From the NCBI GenBank assembly GCA_038087875.1, contig CM075994.1, forward strand, positions 2,978,001-3,042,000: a stretch of 64,000 nt of DNA. Reading direction: 5' to 3'. The notes under the pieces are model-generated. The model was not told the DNA's origin and searched no databases. It saw only the letters and a list, made by a program, of their open reading frames with translations. This document shows, piece after piece, positions 26,091 through 38,741 of this stretch. The position numbers were made by a program, and so were the translations under genes. Source of the DNA: Malacoraja senta (lineage: Eukaryota). Within the stretch, counting starts at the first letter, position 1. Each line of letters starts with the position of its first letter.

Positions 26091-27006
26091 CATACAAAGT
26101 GGAACTGCGGGAACACTGTAAAATAAACTGACATTAAATGTGAAATGCAAATAGGGTGACATGTTCAGATGGATAGCTTGTGGGTACGGGATGGGTATGA
26201 GAGATGGGAAATCTATGACAATATCACAGTGTGGCCATTGTTGTTCTGGAGATACGTTGACGTGCTTTCTCAACGCCTTGCTTTCACTGTTAGTCAAAAT
26301 GATCCGATGTCCGCCCCTGATTGCATCCTCAACAATGCATGTATTCTCTTGTGTGAATTAGTTCTCACGTTGTGCCAATGATTACCGCTTATCATAGAAC
26401 TCACTTGAGCCCAAGTTAAATGCCAACAATTGGATAATTTATTTTACTTTTCCATTTCCCATTTGGCGTGGAGGTCGTGCATTACTCGACCATCTATAAT
26501 TATCTGTACGACGCTGTCGTGGTCAATTTGTTCGCAGTCTTTAAAGTCTGTGTTCCATTGTACGGATTTGAAAATGCTTAATTATTTCAGAGATTCTTTA
26601 TGTTCGGGATTCATATTGAGAAGCCAGTCATAGCTAAAAATGTCTATACTTGTTGAAGTTCCAATCATGCCGTACACAATCTAATGGCATGTCAAGCGCA
26701 TGGTGAAAATAATTACGGACTGTAATTTACTTTAATTCACTTGAACATATTAATATTCCCAAGTTACCATTAAAATGCTTTAATGCATCTACATTGTATG
26801 TGATTTACGGTGCGTTTACCACCCAATAATTTAATAAAGGATGTAACATCGCAGCGTATTTCATTTTTAAAACAATAATGGTATGATTCGCGGAGTATTC
26901 GTCTCGTTTCGGTTTTTGACTTTAAAATTTCCATTGAGCGAAATACGTGCAATCCGCAGAGTTTGATTCTGCTAACTACTGCGTGAATATTCGTTTTGAT
27001 GAACAG

Positions 27007-27030
27007 CGAATCAAAATAGTATTCCAATTG
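27007..27030 (+). CDS. Candidate 24-nt micro-exon (A)NQNSIPI
   Basis: ttttgatgaacag|CGAATCAAAATAGTATTCCAATTG|gtgaag. Confidence 0.4.
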
Positions 27031-28313
27031 GTGAAGAATACGTCGGACAGTTAAAAAGGTTATTAATTACCACAGAAAGATTACGTATTTTGTTGCAAAT
27101 TATGTTGTGATTTCGCCAGTTTCAAGTTAATATATGTGCTTCATAATCACGATGCAAATGTTGACATTTTCCTTTTATTGTTTTTTTCAGAAATGGACTG
27201 AACACCAGCGTGCCTAGTGCGCTTTCACGGTTTTTTATGCGTTAATTAAAGATTTTAAACATCTTATGTATATATTCGCGTTAAAGGTAAGCACGCCTTT
27301 GAAGGTGAACAACAGTGTTAAGTGGGAATGGACATTAATTTAATGTAGATTAATTGCAATTTGTCTCACACTGCTGCTGGCAGCTATGCCGCTGATGTCC
27401 AAAGTGATGTTGCAAGGTGCCCCATGTTTATGTATGACTGAACAGTGCAGTAGCATAGAATGGAGGTAAACGGATGCACTTGTTTTAGATGATCTAATTT
27501 ACTGTAGAGCATAACATAATATAGGCAAGTCAAGCAGTTCAAATTATTGTATGCTTTGCCCTGAAATATACTGGATTTTTTAAGTTGTCGAGATGGTAAA
27601 ACATGGACGAATACAGAGAGCTTTGTTGCATTAATTCTTAGCAGAACCAACATTCGTAAAAACAATATTATTGTAGTATTATTGCAGTATTATTGTATTG
27701 CAAAACAACTACAGATCGATAGACATTTTGTGTACGCAGCTGCCTCAGAGCAGAATTGGACAACTAAAAGTTGGCAAGGCATTTTTATATTTCCCCATCA
27801 ATATTCAAGCATGATAATAGGTAAAGTAGCGACCCATCAGTATAGCGGAACAAAATGCATTCGTCGATATAGATTTATTTTTAAATCCTGCAGATTTACA
27901 TCAAGAATGCATGTGCCTCTACGACGTAGTTAAATCAATTTCGGTTGAGGTCATCCAGAAACAAGGAAGAACACAATCTAAGAACGTAATCAAGTGGTGT
28001 GACGAGAAAATATATCATGATTCAGAATTCAACCTTTACGTATCCCCAGCGCTTTATAAACAATCAAGCGTTCGTGATTTATTTAAAATGTTTTAACACA
28101 ACAACCTTTCTCAACATATCCCAAACATTTGCCCACAGAGTGTGACTAAAATATCTTGAACAAGGATAATAATCCTCCGCTTGCCCATTGCTGTTTGTCA
28201 TCTTTATCAATATTTGCGACCAAAACGTATATGGCCTGATGAGCAAGTTTTCAAATTACATGTGAAAATATATGATAAAGAACAGGAGTGGAAAATGGAA
28301 GTGATATTTGTAG

Positions 28314-28403
28314 GTCAATCGGCTTCTTTGTTGCTGGCAATGCATTTAATAAAACCAGTGAACAACTTTGAATCTCTTGTGGGATCTCTACACCCACGTA
28401 GGG
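28314..28403 (+). CDS. Candidate 90-nt phase 1-1 exon (G)QSASLLLAMHLIKPVNNFESLVGSLHPRR
   Basis: gatatttgtag|GTCAATC...CGTAGGG|gtgagt; open in phase 1. Confidence 0.45.
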
Positions 28404-28668
28404 GTGAGTCAGGTGATTCCCATAGCGTTACAGATGACGTGACTGCAATGGAGCACGGAAGAATATGTTTGCATCCAAGGATTGATTGATTAGAGGCATT
28501 CATTTTTTTCTATTTGGTTTGTTATACGTCAAACGTCGTTTTGAAGTTCTTACTTTATTTGGAGTATTCACTCTGAACATTTATGACGCGCCGAATTCGA
28601 CACAGTATACGTTGTATTTTTCAGGCCGTAATATACGTAAGATATCCATGCTTTTAACTTGTTACCAG

Positions 28669-28695
28669 GATCAGATATATGGGAAAAATACGTTG
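28669..28695 (+). CDS. Candidate 27-nt micro-exon (G)SDIWEKYV
   Basis: aacttgttaccag|GATCAGATATATGGGAAAAATACGTTG|gtaagc. Confidence 0.65.
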
Positions 28696-28834
28696 GTAAG
28701 CAGGAATATTACAATTGTGTTTCCTAGCGATAGAATAAGCAGACCGTCCGTTCATTTCATCTCATACTGATAGCGGTTCAGGTCAGATATGGGCAATACA
28801 GTTAATAAACGTATTTCACTCAGACAATATACAT

Positions 28835-29520
28835 TGAAACATAGCAAATAAGTTCAGCAGTTGGCCATTCGCAGTTCGAGCCCGCACCGCCGTTCAATAT
28901 CATCATGGCTGACCATCCAAAATCAGTACCTCGTACCTGCATTTTTCCCATGTCCATTGATGTCGTTAGCCCTGAGAAATAAATCGAAATCCCCCTTGAA
29001 AATATCCAGTGAAGGCCTCCCCGGCCATCTGTGCGGAGTGTTCCACAGATTCACAACACTCTGGTTGAAAAAAGCGTTTCCTCAACTCACTCCAAAATGG
29101 CCTACACCTTATATTTAATCTGTGATATTCTGGTTTTAGGCTCCGCCATCATCATTAAATTTTTTGGTGCATGACGCCTGTCCAAGCCCTTAAGAATTGT
29201 ATATGCTTCTGTGAAATCCGCATCCTTCTAAATTCCAGTGACTACATGTCGAGTGGACTCATTTTCTAATCATATGTCAGTCCCGTCACCCCGGGGATTA
29301 ACCTGGTGAATTTACGCTGCACTCCCTCAATAGCAAGAATGTCCTTCCTCAAATTAGGAGACCAAAACGGCACATAATACTCCAGCGATTGTCTCACCAG
29401 CGCCCTGAACAACTGCGGTAGGACCTCCTTGCTTCTACACTCACAACCCCTCGCTATGAAGGCTTATATGCCACAAGCTTTCTTCGCTGGCTGCTGTCCC
29501 TGTATGCTTACTTTCAGTGA
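28835..29520 (-). mobile_element. Degenerate CR1 3' fragment
   Basis: Reverse-complement similarity to 6500-7180. Confidence 0.85.
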
Positions 29521-29787
29521 CAATATGAGTGGCTTTTCCGTATATTCACGCATGGACATTTCAATCGCGCTTCTACGTATAACGTAGTTAAATACCCGCA
29601 ATTAAAAGTACAAATTGTGCGCCCTGCCAAATCAATTTCACCACACCTTCACAACCGATAGAAATCTCGTGTAAATAAAAAAATCATATATGTTCTCGCA
29701 CAAAATATAACTATACACAGAAATACGGAATACATGAAGTCCCCTTAGTGCATTTAAAGGGATAGTCTCCATTAATATTGAAGATAA

Positions 29788-30076
29788 AATATACAGCGCA
29801 GAAACAGGCCCTTTTGGTCATCGAGTCTACGCCAATCAGGGATCCGAATACATTAACAATACCCTACACACTAGAGACAATTTATAATTCTTACCAAAGC
29901 TATTAACCTGGAAACCAGAACGTATTTGAAATGTGGTAGGAAACCGTAGCACTCGGAGAAAAGCGACGTATTCCCGGAGAGAACGCACAAAGTCCGTACA
30001 GACAGCACCCGTGGTCAGGATAGAACCCGTGTCTCTGGCGCTGTAAGGCAACAGCTCTATGGCTGCGCCGCCGCAC
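29788..30076 (-). mobile_element. HE1/V-SINE-like SINE
   Basis: Similar to 998-1322 (gacagcacccgtggtcaggatagaacc). Confidence 0.75.
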
Positions 30077-30375
30077 AACGCCAAAAAAGCGCAGGAAATA
30101 TAAATCAAATCAATCAAATCTACACCCTTTCTGTCAAAGCGCCGACGCTTCTCGCGTATCATCTACCCAATACAGTCGAGAAGTATTTGAGAGAGTAGTG
30201 CCCTTGTTAACTGTAAATAACAAACTACACACACAAAACAGCAAAGGTACCGAAGGTCAATATCGAACCCGGTTCTCCAAGAGTTGGGAGAGAGCAGCAC
30301 TGTCCGCATAGCCTCTGCAGATGTCCATTTTGCATAGTTACACATTTATGCAACTCGTTATATTTAATTTTGTAG

Positions 30376-30402
30376 AATCTAAAGACATCGCCAAGAAAAC
30401 AA
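30376..30402 (+). CDS. Candidate 27-nt micro-exon (E)SKDIAKKT
   Basis: ttaattttgtag|AATCTAAAGACATCGCCAAGAAAACAA|gtacgt. Confidence 0.6.
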
Positions 30403-31076
30403 GTACGTAATAAAAAGCTGTTCATACTTTTCTATCGACCTTTTAACAACACACAAGGAAGATTTATACACAGAGGCACAGAGGACCATTCGAATGAATA
30501 AGGCATTAGAGAGCTAATAAATTGATTTAAAGATTAACAAACTGCAATCATTTAATATATCAAAACACCGCTCGACGGCATATTTAATATAAGGACAAAT
30601 TGCAAAATATGTTCATTATGCTGCAGTTTAATAACAAGTGTAAAGAAAGCTATCAACCAAATTAAAAAACTGAGTAATGTCTCAACTAAACTATGCTTCT
30701 GGCGAAGAGTAATGCGCAAAGTTACGGTTATAACATGTAACATATGCATGTTCCGGCTGTATATATCAAAATATTAGAACTTGTTCGTGGAAATAACATT
30801 CCTTCCAACAGATTATATGCTTGATTGATATAATTGTGTCCTATTATGAATTTCGACATCGCAAACTAAAAACCATGGTTGTTGTAGAATACAACGTCGA
30901 AGACGATAGGCATATTTCATGCAAAATATATTACTATTTCTCGAGCGTATATTTGTTCCGAGTTGGAATCGATTATCAATACATTTGATTAAATACAATT
31001 TTAATATTGTTGGAGCATAGCGTTGAACATTCAAACTTCTTAATGAAATGAGCATATTATTTCGCTTTTCTTCCAG

Positions 31077-31103
31077 TGAGACAGCTCCTCTTACAAAATG
31101 CAG
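31077..31103 (+). CDS. Candidate 27-nt micro-exon (V)RQLLLQNA
   Basis: cttttcttccag|TGAGACAGCTCCTCTTACAAAATGCAG|gtaaca; resembles the exon at 38353. Confidence 0.65.
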
Positions 31104-31199
31104 GTAACACACTCAGCCGAGGAAGAACGTAAAATCAATTTCCGAATTTCAGGTTTGTTCGTATGTATTGCATTTATAGTTACAACTTATTTTTAATTT

Positions 31200-31480
31200 T
31201 GGAAATACAGCATGGAAGCAGGCTCTACGACCCACCGAGTGCACATCGACCAGGCATCACCCATTTACACATGATGTATAGGATCCCACTGTCTCACACG
31301 AGAGCAATTTACAGAGGCCATTTAACCTATAAATTCACAGTTCTTCGGATGTGCGAGGCCGCAGGAATAGCAGCGAAAACCAAGGCGGTGTAAACAACCT
31401 TCGTGCAGCACCCACAGTCAGGAACATTCCAAGATCTCTGCATTCTGAGGCAGCAGCTCCACAATTGGATACTCTGTGGT
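31200..31480 (-). mobile_element. Old HE1/V-SINE-like SINE
   Basis: Eroded similarity to the other SINE copies (gcaatttacagaggcc, gaggcagcagctc). Confidence 0.6.
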
Positions 31481-32114
31481 GACCTTATATTCATTGCATT
31501 GAACCTTTTTCAGAGATTAAATGGATTCTCATACAGCCAAGCAAACATCTCTGATGCAAGACCATCAATCCAAAATGATAAATCAGATTCCTTACTTTGA
31601 TATTGCCAACTTTCTAACATGCCACGTAGATATTTGCTTTTTTTTCACCATTCCCAAACTATATCACGTTTTTTGCAATCGAATTTGCGTTTAGAAATTT
31701 ACTCTCATAAAGTGCACTTTTGTTTAATCCAAAATAAAGTTTATGTTTCATTATTCTGGGACGCCTTCAATAGAATACCCATAACCTTTCCAAATGGTTT
31801 CTTACTTAATCAGTCTGTTCTGCATTTCCTCAGAGATTAGTTCAGTTGCAAGGATACATTATGAAATTTGCCCTGATCGAGGCCACAGGTCGTCCGTTGA
31901 ATCTGTTTCATTATTAAGGGGGAGGGGGGGAAGCGAGTTAAGGGACATATTTCTATCGGCAACAATGAAGGCGAGAAGTTAAATATGTTTTCTCTCGCAT
32001 GCTATGATGAAATGTTGCAAAATCATTAAATCACTATTTGTAAAATACAAACAATTTCCTTAAACACAAACTTAAACAAAACGGCAGTACTGAAAATTGT
32101 TTTAATCCTTCAAG

Positions 32115-32150
32115 AAATTGTTGAACTCGAGCGCAAGTTGAAAGTTTCTG
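32115..32150 (+). CDS. Candidate 36-nt exon (E)IVELERKLKVS, coiled-coil-like
   Basis: taatccttcaag|AAATTGTTGAACTCGAGCGCAAGTTGAAAGTTTCTG|gtgaga. Confidence 0.65.
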
Positions 32151-32859
32151 GTGAGAGTTTATTCATCAATAAAGATGTTATATTTGCATCATTATAGTAT
32201 CACATCGTTGTTGCGGTCGACTCCATCGCTGTTCTTTACAATGTGTAATATTAATCTATTTCCATACTATAGTTCAGCCAGCAATCTCAACTTATTTGAT
32301 CTCTGATATAAACCCCTTTCAAGGATAATTGTTTCTAATTCACCGACTTCATTAATAACAAATATTTCATTACGTTTAATGGAACTCGTCACCTGCAAAA
32401 CATTTATTGTTGCCGAATGTCTCGCTAATTCTGTAATGTGAACAAAAATAGGCGGAAAATGCTTCTTAGATGCATGCATAGAGAACAGTCTTCGGCAAAG
32501 ACTCTATTTTTTGGAATTCATGAAAAATAGATCGATTGTATTAAGCCGCAACCAAAATGCAAAACCGATTGAGATGAGATGTAATTATGAAGACGAATGA
32601 ACTGAAACTCTTCCCGCAGACGCAAGATTTGGATCGCGACCCCATGTTCTTGCTCGTGCTTTGTAAAAACAAACTAACATCAAACAGATACTATAAATAG
32701 CTGCCCGTTTCAAAATATCGAAGGTCCATGTCCCTAACAAAACGCTGCCAGACCCTCTGATATCTTTAGGCAGATTTACCTTGCACAAGTAATGTATTTT
32801 GGCAGCTGGGCAGATTGAGTTGATTCATTCCACACGTCTGCCTTTCCCTTCTGTCGTAG

Positions 32860-32886
32860 TGGAACCCCGAAGCGAGAAGTTAAAAG
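32860..32886 (+). CDS. Candidate 27-nt micro-exon (V)EPRSEKLK
   Basis: ttcccttctgtcgtag|TGGAACCCCGAAGCGAGAAGTTAAAAG|gtaaag. Confidence 0.65.
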
Positions 32887-33999
32887 GTAAAGTTTATATT
32901 GCTTCTGCTTTATGATTAATAGTGGATGTTCTTTTGCAACCAAATACATGCCTATCGCATATAGTGCGTAACATGAATTACGACTAATTTTTACAATGAT
33001 TGTGATCAATTGGATGTGATTAATGGTTCGTTTCGAAATGCTCGTTAGTCAGGCAGAAGGTTTATTTTAACGATAAGACATTTAACATAAACACATTTCT
33101 CACAAATTACCCTCAAAATTACTTATATGCTTCGTTTCCACATCTCCGCGAAATTATTTTCGCTAACCTTCGATGTTTCTGCATTTGAAGGCAGGTTGTC
33201 AATATATATATCATATCAAACTGCAATAGGACACTGCGTGTCTGTCAAATCGCTTTTCATGTTTTCGTTCCAAGGATCACAACTCAGCTAAATCGTATTA
33301 GATTGAATAAACTATCACGTATTTCTCTTCACCTTCTCTTGATCACGATCTTCCAAAATATTTTGAGAAAGTGTATCCACCTAATAACAAAATGTGGCTT
33401 TTATTTGGACGAGTAAATAATAAACACAACGGAGTTCTTTGTACCACCCCCCCCCACCTAATAGTGAAAATATTTGTCCAGTTAATGATTTTTTGCTTCA
33501 AATGTATGTATCTGCACCACTGATAAGAATATCAGCCACTGTACTAGTACTTTTCATTTGATAGACACATTTCACTGACAACTTGACAATCTGTAATGAG
33601 CAGATTGAACATCGAAACAGCTCCTGGACCTGAGGTGGTGGGCTTCCAAATAATTGTATCTTCCGGCATTTCTATGTCGCCCATTTTAACGTAGGTCTAC
33701 GGTTCATTGACGTCACATTCGCACCAGCAGCTCCTTCATATTAAAATGCTTATTTCTCGCAAGATACCTCTATTTTGGATAGTAGGTCCATATTGCACAT
33801 CCAATGGAGCATTACAAGTTACAACAATTGTTCCTGTCTATTAAAGATGAACTGAGGGAGCAGCACATTCTTAAGTGATTCCATGTGTCTTGCAACATTG
33901 GTAGGCAATTTGTGTGTAGTTAATAAATGTCATCAAGGAAACTCAAAAGTGATACATCACGGGAATGAGTTTCGGAAACGTTGGATTTTTATTAAACAG

Positions 34000-34091
34000 T
34001 AGGCAAAATGCTGGAGAAACTCAGCGGGTGAGGCAACATCTATGCAGCGAAGGAATAGGTGACGTTTCAGGTCGAGACCCATCTTCAGACT
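34000..34091 (-). mobile_element. Penelope-like short repeat with intact minimal hammerhead core
   Basis: Minus strand reads agtCTGAAGAtgggtctcgacctGAAAcgtcacc. Confidence 0.7.
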
Positions 34092-34267
34092 TTTAAAATA
34101 AAATGTTGTTTTCGATAACTCATTGTGAAAAGCTCCTGATTGGAAACGTGATCCTCATGCGGATTTTCCGACCCTCGTCTGAAAGTCGCTTCCATCCTTA
34201 GATCGTGAAATAAATGGTGCCATGTTGCATTTCAAAATTATATAACATCCCCTATCTTTCTACAAAG

Positions 34268-34291
34268 GCTTCAACGAAAATCAATTTACAG
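34268..34291 (+). CDS. Candidate 24-nt micro-exon (G)FNENQFT
   Basis: atctttctacaaag|GCTTCAACGAAAATCAATTTACAG|gtgaat. Confidence 0.5.
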
Positions 34292-34666
34292 GTGAATCGT
34301 TTAAGTGATCCTTGGAGTACACGATTATATAGAGAGGGACAATATACTTGAAGGGGTATAATTTTCTGGATCATAAACGGGATCTGGCTACAGAGAAATG
34401 TATTGGGAAGTCATTTGAGATGTGTTACGTAATCTATCATCTGTACTTCATGCTTTGTTATGGAGGAGTCATATTTAAGTACGCATTAAAAACATACTAT
34501 GTAGTCATTGGGATGTATCAAATGTTATATATAAAACGTCAATAGCGAAATGAGATTGGAAGATATATATAATATCTGTCTGTCTCTCCGTCCGTCTCTC
34601 CATCTGTCTATCCTCACTTGTCTTATTGAATATTGATTGTAATCCGTTTCATGTATTTACGATTAG

Positions 34667-34693
34667 AATGCAAGTCACTTCTTCAAACTACTA
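34667..34693 (+). CDS. Candidate 27-nt micro-exon (E)CKSLLQTT
   Basis: tatttacgattag|AATGCAAGTCACTTCTTCAAACTACTA|gtaagt. Confidence 0.6.
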
Positions 34694-35521
34694 GTAAGTG
34701 ACGAGCTACTTCAAGTTTTTTACAGCTTACTTCTCTTAATGAACCATTAAAATAAATTTCGCAAAGTGGAAAAATATAAAGAATAGTTACCGCGAGATAG
34801 GTTAAAGTTATTAAATTCAGTGAAATTCTAAAAAGCATCAAAAACCGAGAATCCAATTCGTGAGGCGAGTATGGAATGTGGTCCGACGCATACCCAACAG
34901 TATCTTTACAAACAATGTCTGGAATCACACGGGTTGGCAACAATACAAGCTGGGTTCTCTGTAGACGTTTGATATGTGTTCATTGGTGCCGAATCTCCAC
35001 CGCTCCATCTGCACTATAGACATACCGTTCTATCATTCGGTTACAGAGTAGGAAAACACATCAATTGTCTGTTTCCCGTTTTGTGTAAATATCAGAGAAA
35101 CGGCGGGATTGTTTTGTAGGCATTAGAAAGCTTCATTACGTTCAGCGAGAAAAACGTTGAAGATTTTTCATCTGGATTTACACAAATAAATTGGACAATG
35201 CATGTTCATATTGCTCTATCACTTAAAGGCGGTATAACACAATGTTACAATCCTTGGATTTTAAAACTTGCAAGTACTCTCCGTGATATTAAGGATAAAG
35301 AAAGGCATTTCTTTTCCCTTTTATACTTAATTGCGCTCTTTACTAATGCCTTAAATGGAACATTCAATGCAACACTAACTGGTAGTAACATTGAATTAAA
35401 ACGCCAATTTATCTCATGCATCGCAATAATGCCACATTATTGCATGTAAAAATAATAACTATGCATACTGCTTTCCGACTACCAAACCAATACTTCTGCT
35501 CTGATTGATGCTCTGATACAT

Positions 35522-37524
35522 CTTTAAAAGAAAATATGTATAACACAGCAAAGAGTAGCCGGAAGCCAGAGGGTTGGGAAACTTTCATATGACAACAGAA
35601 GTAAACAAAACGGGCAATACGGGCTGAAAAGATGAAGTACCAGTGGAAGCTGGCCAGGAATATAAAGAAGGACAGTAAAAGTTTATTTAGATATGTTAAG
35701 GGAAAAAGAGTAGCAAAGTCAAATGTGGGACCCTTGAAGGCAGACACTAGTGAAATTATTATGGGCAACAAGGAAATGGCAGAAGACCTGAATAGGTACT
35801 TCGAATCTGTCTTCACTAAGAAAGACACAAACAATCTCCGAGGTGTACTGGAGGATAGATGATCTAAGGGAGTAGAGGAACTGAAAGAAATGTTCATTAG
35901 GCGAGAAATAGTATTGGGTAGGATAATGGGCCTGAAGGATGATAAATCCCCTGGGCCTGGTAGTCTACATCCCAGCGTCCTCAGGGAGGTGGCTCGAGCA
36001 ATAGTGGACGCATTGGTGATCATTTTCCAATGTTCTATAGATTCAGGATCTGTTCCTGTGGATTGGAGGATAGTTAATGTTATCCCACTTTTCAGGAAAG
36101 GAGCGAGAATTACAGACCAGTTACCCTGACTTCGGTGGTGGGAAAGATGCTGGAGTCAATTATTAAAGAGGTAATAATGGAGCATTTGGATAGCAGTAAA
36201 ACGATTAGTCCAAATCAACGGATTTATGAAATGGAAATCATGCTTGACTAATATTCTGGCATTTTTTGAGGATGTGACAAATAAAATGGATGAAGGGGTG
36301 CCAGTGGATGTAGTGCAACTAGACTTTCAGAAAGCCTTTGATAAGGTCCGGCACGGGAGACTGGTGACTAAAATTAGAGCACATGTAATTGGGGGTAGGG
36401 TGTTGACATGGATAGAAAATTGGTTGGCAGACCAGAAGCAAAGAGTAGGAATGAACGGGTCCTATTCAGAATGGCAGGCAGTGGCGAGTGGAGTGCCGAA
36501 AGGCTCGGTGTTGGGGCCGCAACTGTTTACCATAAAAATAAATAATTTGGAAGACGGAATTAGGAGCAACACTAGCAAGTTTGCGGATGACACAAATCTG
36601 AGTGGCAGTGTGAACTGTGAAGAGGATGTTAGGAGGATGCAGGGTGACCTGGACAGGTTGAGTGAGTGGGCAGATGCTTGGCAGATGCAGTATAATATAG
36701 ATAAATGTGTGGTTATCCACTTGGCGGCAAAAAAAAGGGGGCAGATTATTATCTCAATGGGGTTAGATTATGTAAGGGGGAGGTACAGCGAGACCTGGGT
36801 GTCCTGGTACACCGGTCACTGAAAGCTGGCGTGCGTGTACAGCATGCAGTGAAGAAAGCTAATGGATTGTTGGCCTTCATAACATGAGGATTTCAGTATA
36901 GGAGTAAAGAGGTTCTTCTGCATTTGTATAGGGCTCTGGTGAGACCACATCTGGAGTATTGTGTACAGTTTTGGTCTCCTAATTTGAGGAAGGACATCCT
37001 TGTGATTGAGGCAGTGCAGCGTAGGTTCACGAGATTGATCACTGGGATGGCGGGACTGTCATATGAGGAAATATTGAAAAGACTAGGCTTGTATTCACTG
37101 GAGTTTAGAAGGATGAGGGGGAATCTTATAGAAACATATAAAATTATAAAAGGACTGGACAAGCTAGATACAGGAAAAATGTTCCCAATGTTGGGCGTGT
37201 CTCGAACCAGGGGGCACAGTCTTAGAATAAAGGGGAGGTCATTTAAGACTGAGGTGAGAAAAAACGTTTTCACTCAGAGAGTTGTGAGTTTATGGAATTC
37301 CCTTCCACAGAGGGCAGTGGAGGCCAAATCACTGGATGGACTTAAGAGAGAGTTAGATAGAGCTCTAGGTGCTAGTGGAGTCAAGGGATATGGGGAGAAG
37401 GCAGGCACGGGTTATTGATAGGGGACGATCAGCCATGATCACATTGAATGGCGGTGCTGGCTCAAAGGGCCGAATAGCCTCTTCCTGCAACTATTTTCTA
37501 TGTTTCTATGTTTCTATGTTTCTA
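35522..37524 (+). mobile_element. 5'-truncated CR1 (RT region), decayed
   Basis: LDFQKAFD, GVPKGSVLGP, KFADD and HLEYCVQFWSP motifs; (tttctatg)n tail. Confidence 0.95.
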
Positions 37525-38352
37525 TTCGGCTGATAGCGTCATCTCCCATCTGATAATATTGAACAATAAATTGTGTCAATCGTAACCCCTTTGCACGAAT
37601 TTACAGCCGATATACCACTGTCTGGAAACAATTTCTGAAACATTAATAAACAAATACGATTTGTTTTCATTTTCTATCAATAGATTCATTATAAACTTAC
37701 TGTGAATTGTATTTCCACTCCGCATCCCTGATCAATTATCGTGTGTTTTAGCTGATCAGAAATTCAATTACAAAAAACGGTTGGGAAGTGGCTAGAGAGA
37801 GAGAGTGAAATAATGTGCACTACACAATATTTATTTCAAATATAGAAAAAAAGCGAAGTTATTCTTCTTGCTTACAATGATATGGCATCATACAATGAAT
37901 ACGATAACTGCAAGTTTTGAATGTATTCAAGGTAACAACAAGTTCGTGTTACATTTAATGCTATACATAAGTCATTAGAAATTAAAGACTGGAATAAATT
38001 TTAAAAAGGAAAATGAAAACAAATGCGCGGAAGATACCATGAGTGAACAGTGTCGCATGGCCGAAAGCGCCTTGGCTTCATTTCATGGAAATACACGTGT
38101 TAATAGGTAATACACTAAAGTAATACAATATTGACCAACAGAATAATAAAGCCAGGTGTTCCTGTTGCAAGCAATGGATGTATAAATAATAAAGTTTCAA
38201 ACATGAGATCAATTACCTGTCATCAGCAGTGGCGTTGTAATGCGAGAGCTATATTAATATTCGTTGCCCAATTTACGATGTGCTTTATTTTACATAGTGC
38301 GTTATTTGCAGAATAATGATAATATACACTGATTCGAATATTTTAATTACAG

Positions 38353-38379
38353 TGAGACAGGTGCTTGTAAAGGACATAG
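38353..38379 (+). CDS. Candidate 27-nt micro-exon (V)RQVLVKDI
   Basis: ttttaattacag|TGAGACAGGTGCTTGTAAAGGACATAG|gtaaat. Confidence 0.65.
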
Positions 38380-38705
38380 GTAAATAACAGTAGTCAAACT
38401 CAATAATACATATTTTGTAAGCGAACAATTTGCAAGACGCTAATAATGCATTTCCATTTCACTGCTTTCAATCTCTGCATTTTAATATAATAATTTGCTT
38501 GTGACATCGCATTAAAAATCAGCAGAAAATTCGTGAATGCCGTAATAATTCATCTTGTACGTGTTTTGTGAATGCAATTGAAAATTTATCAGAAAAAATA
38601 TAATAACATCCACACATATATACACACGATCAAGCAATACTAATTGTGTCTTCAAACCAGCTGAATCGATTGTGTTTCGATATTCATAAGAAACTTTGGT
38701 TTCAG

Positions 38706-38741
38706 AGATAGCCAAACTACAGACTCAACTGCAGGAAGCTG
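38706..38741 (+). CDS. Candidate 36-nt exon (E)IAKLQTQLQEA, coiled-coil-like
   Basis: tttggtttcag|AGATAGCCAAACTACAGACTCAACTGCAGGAAGCTG|gtaagg. Confidence 0.7.
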
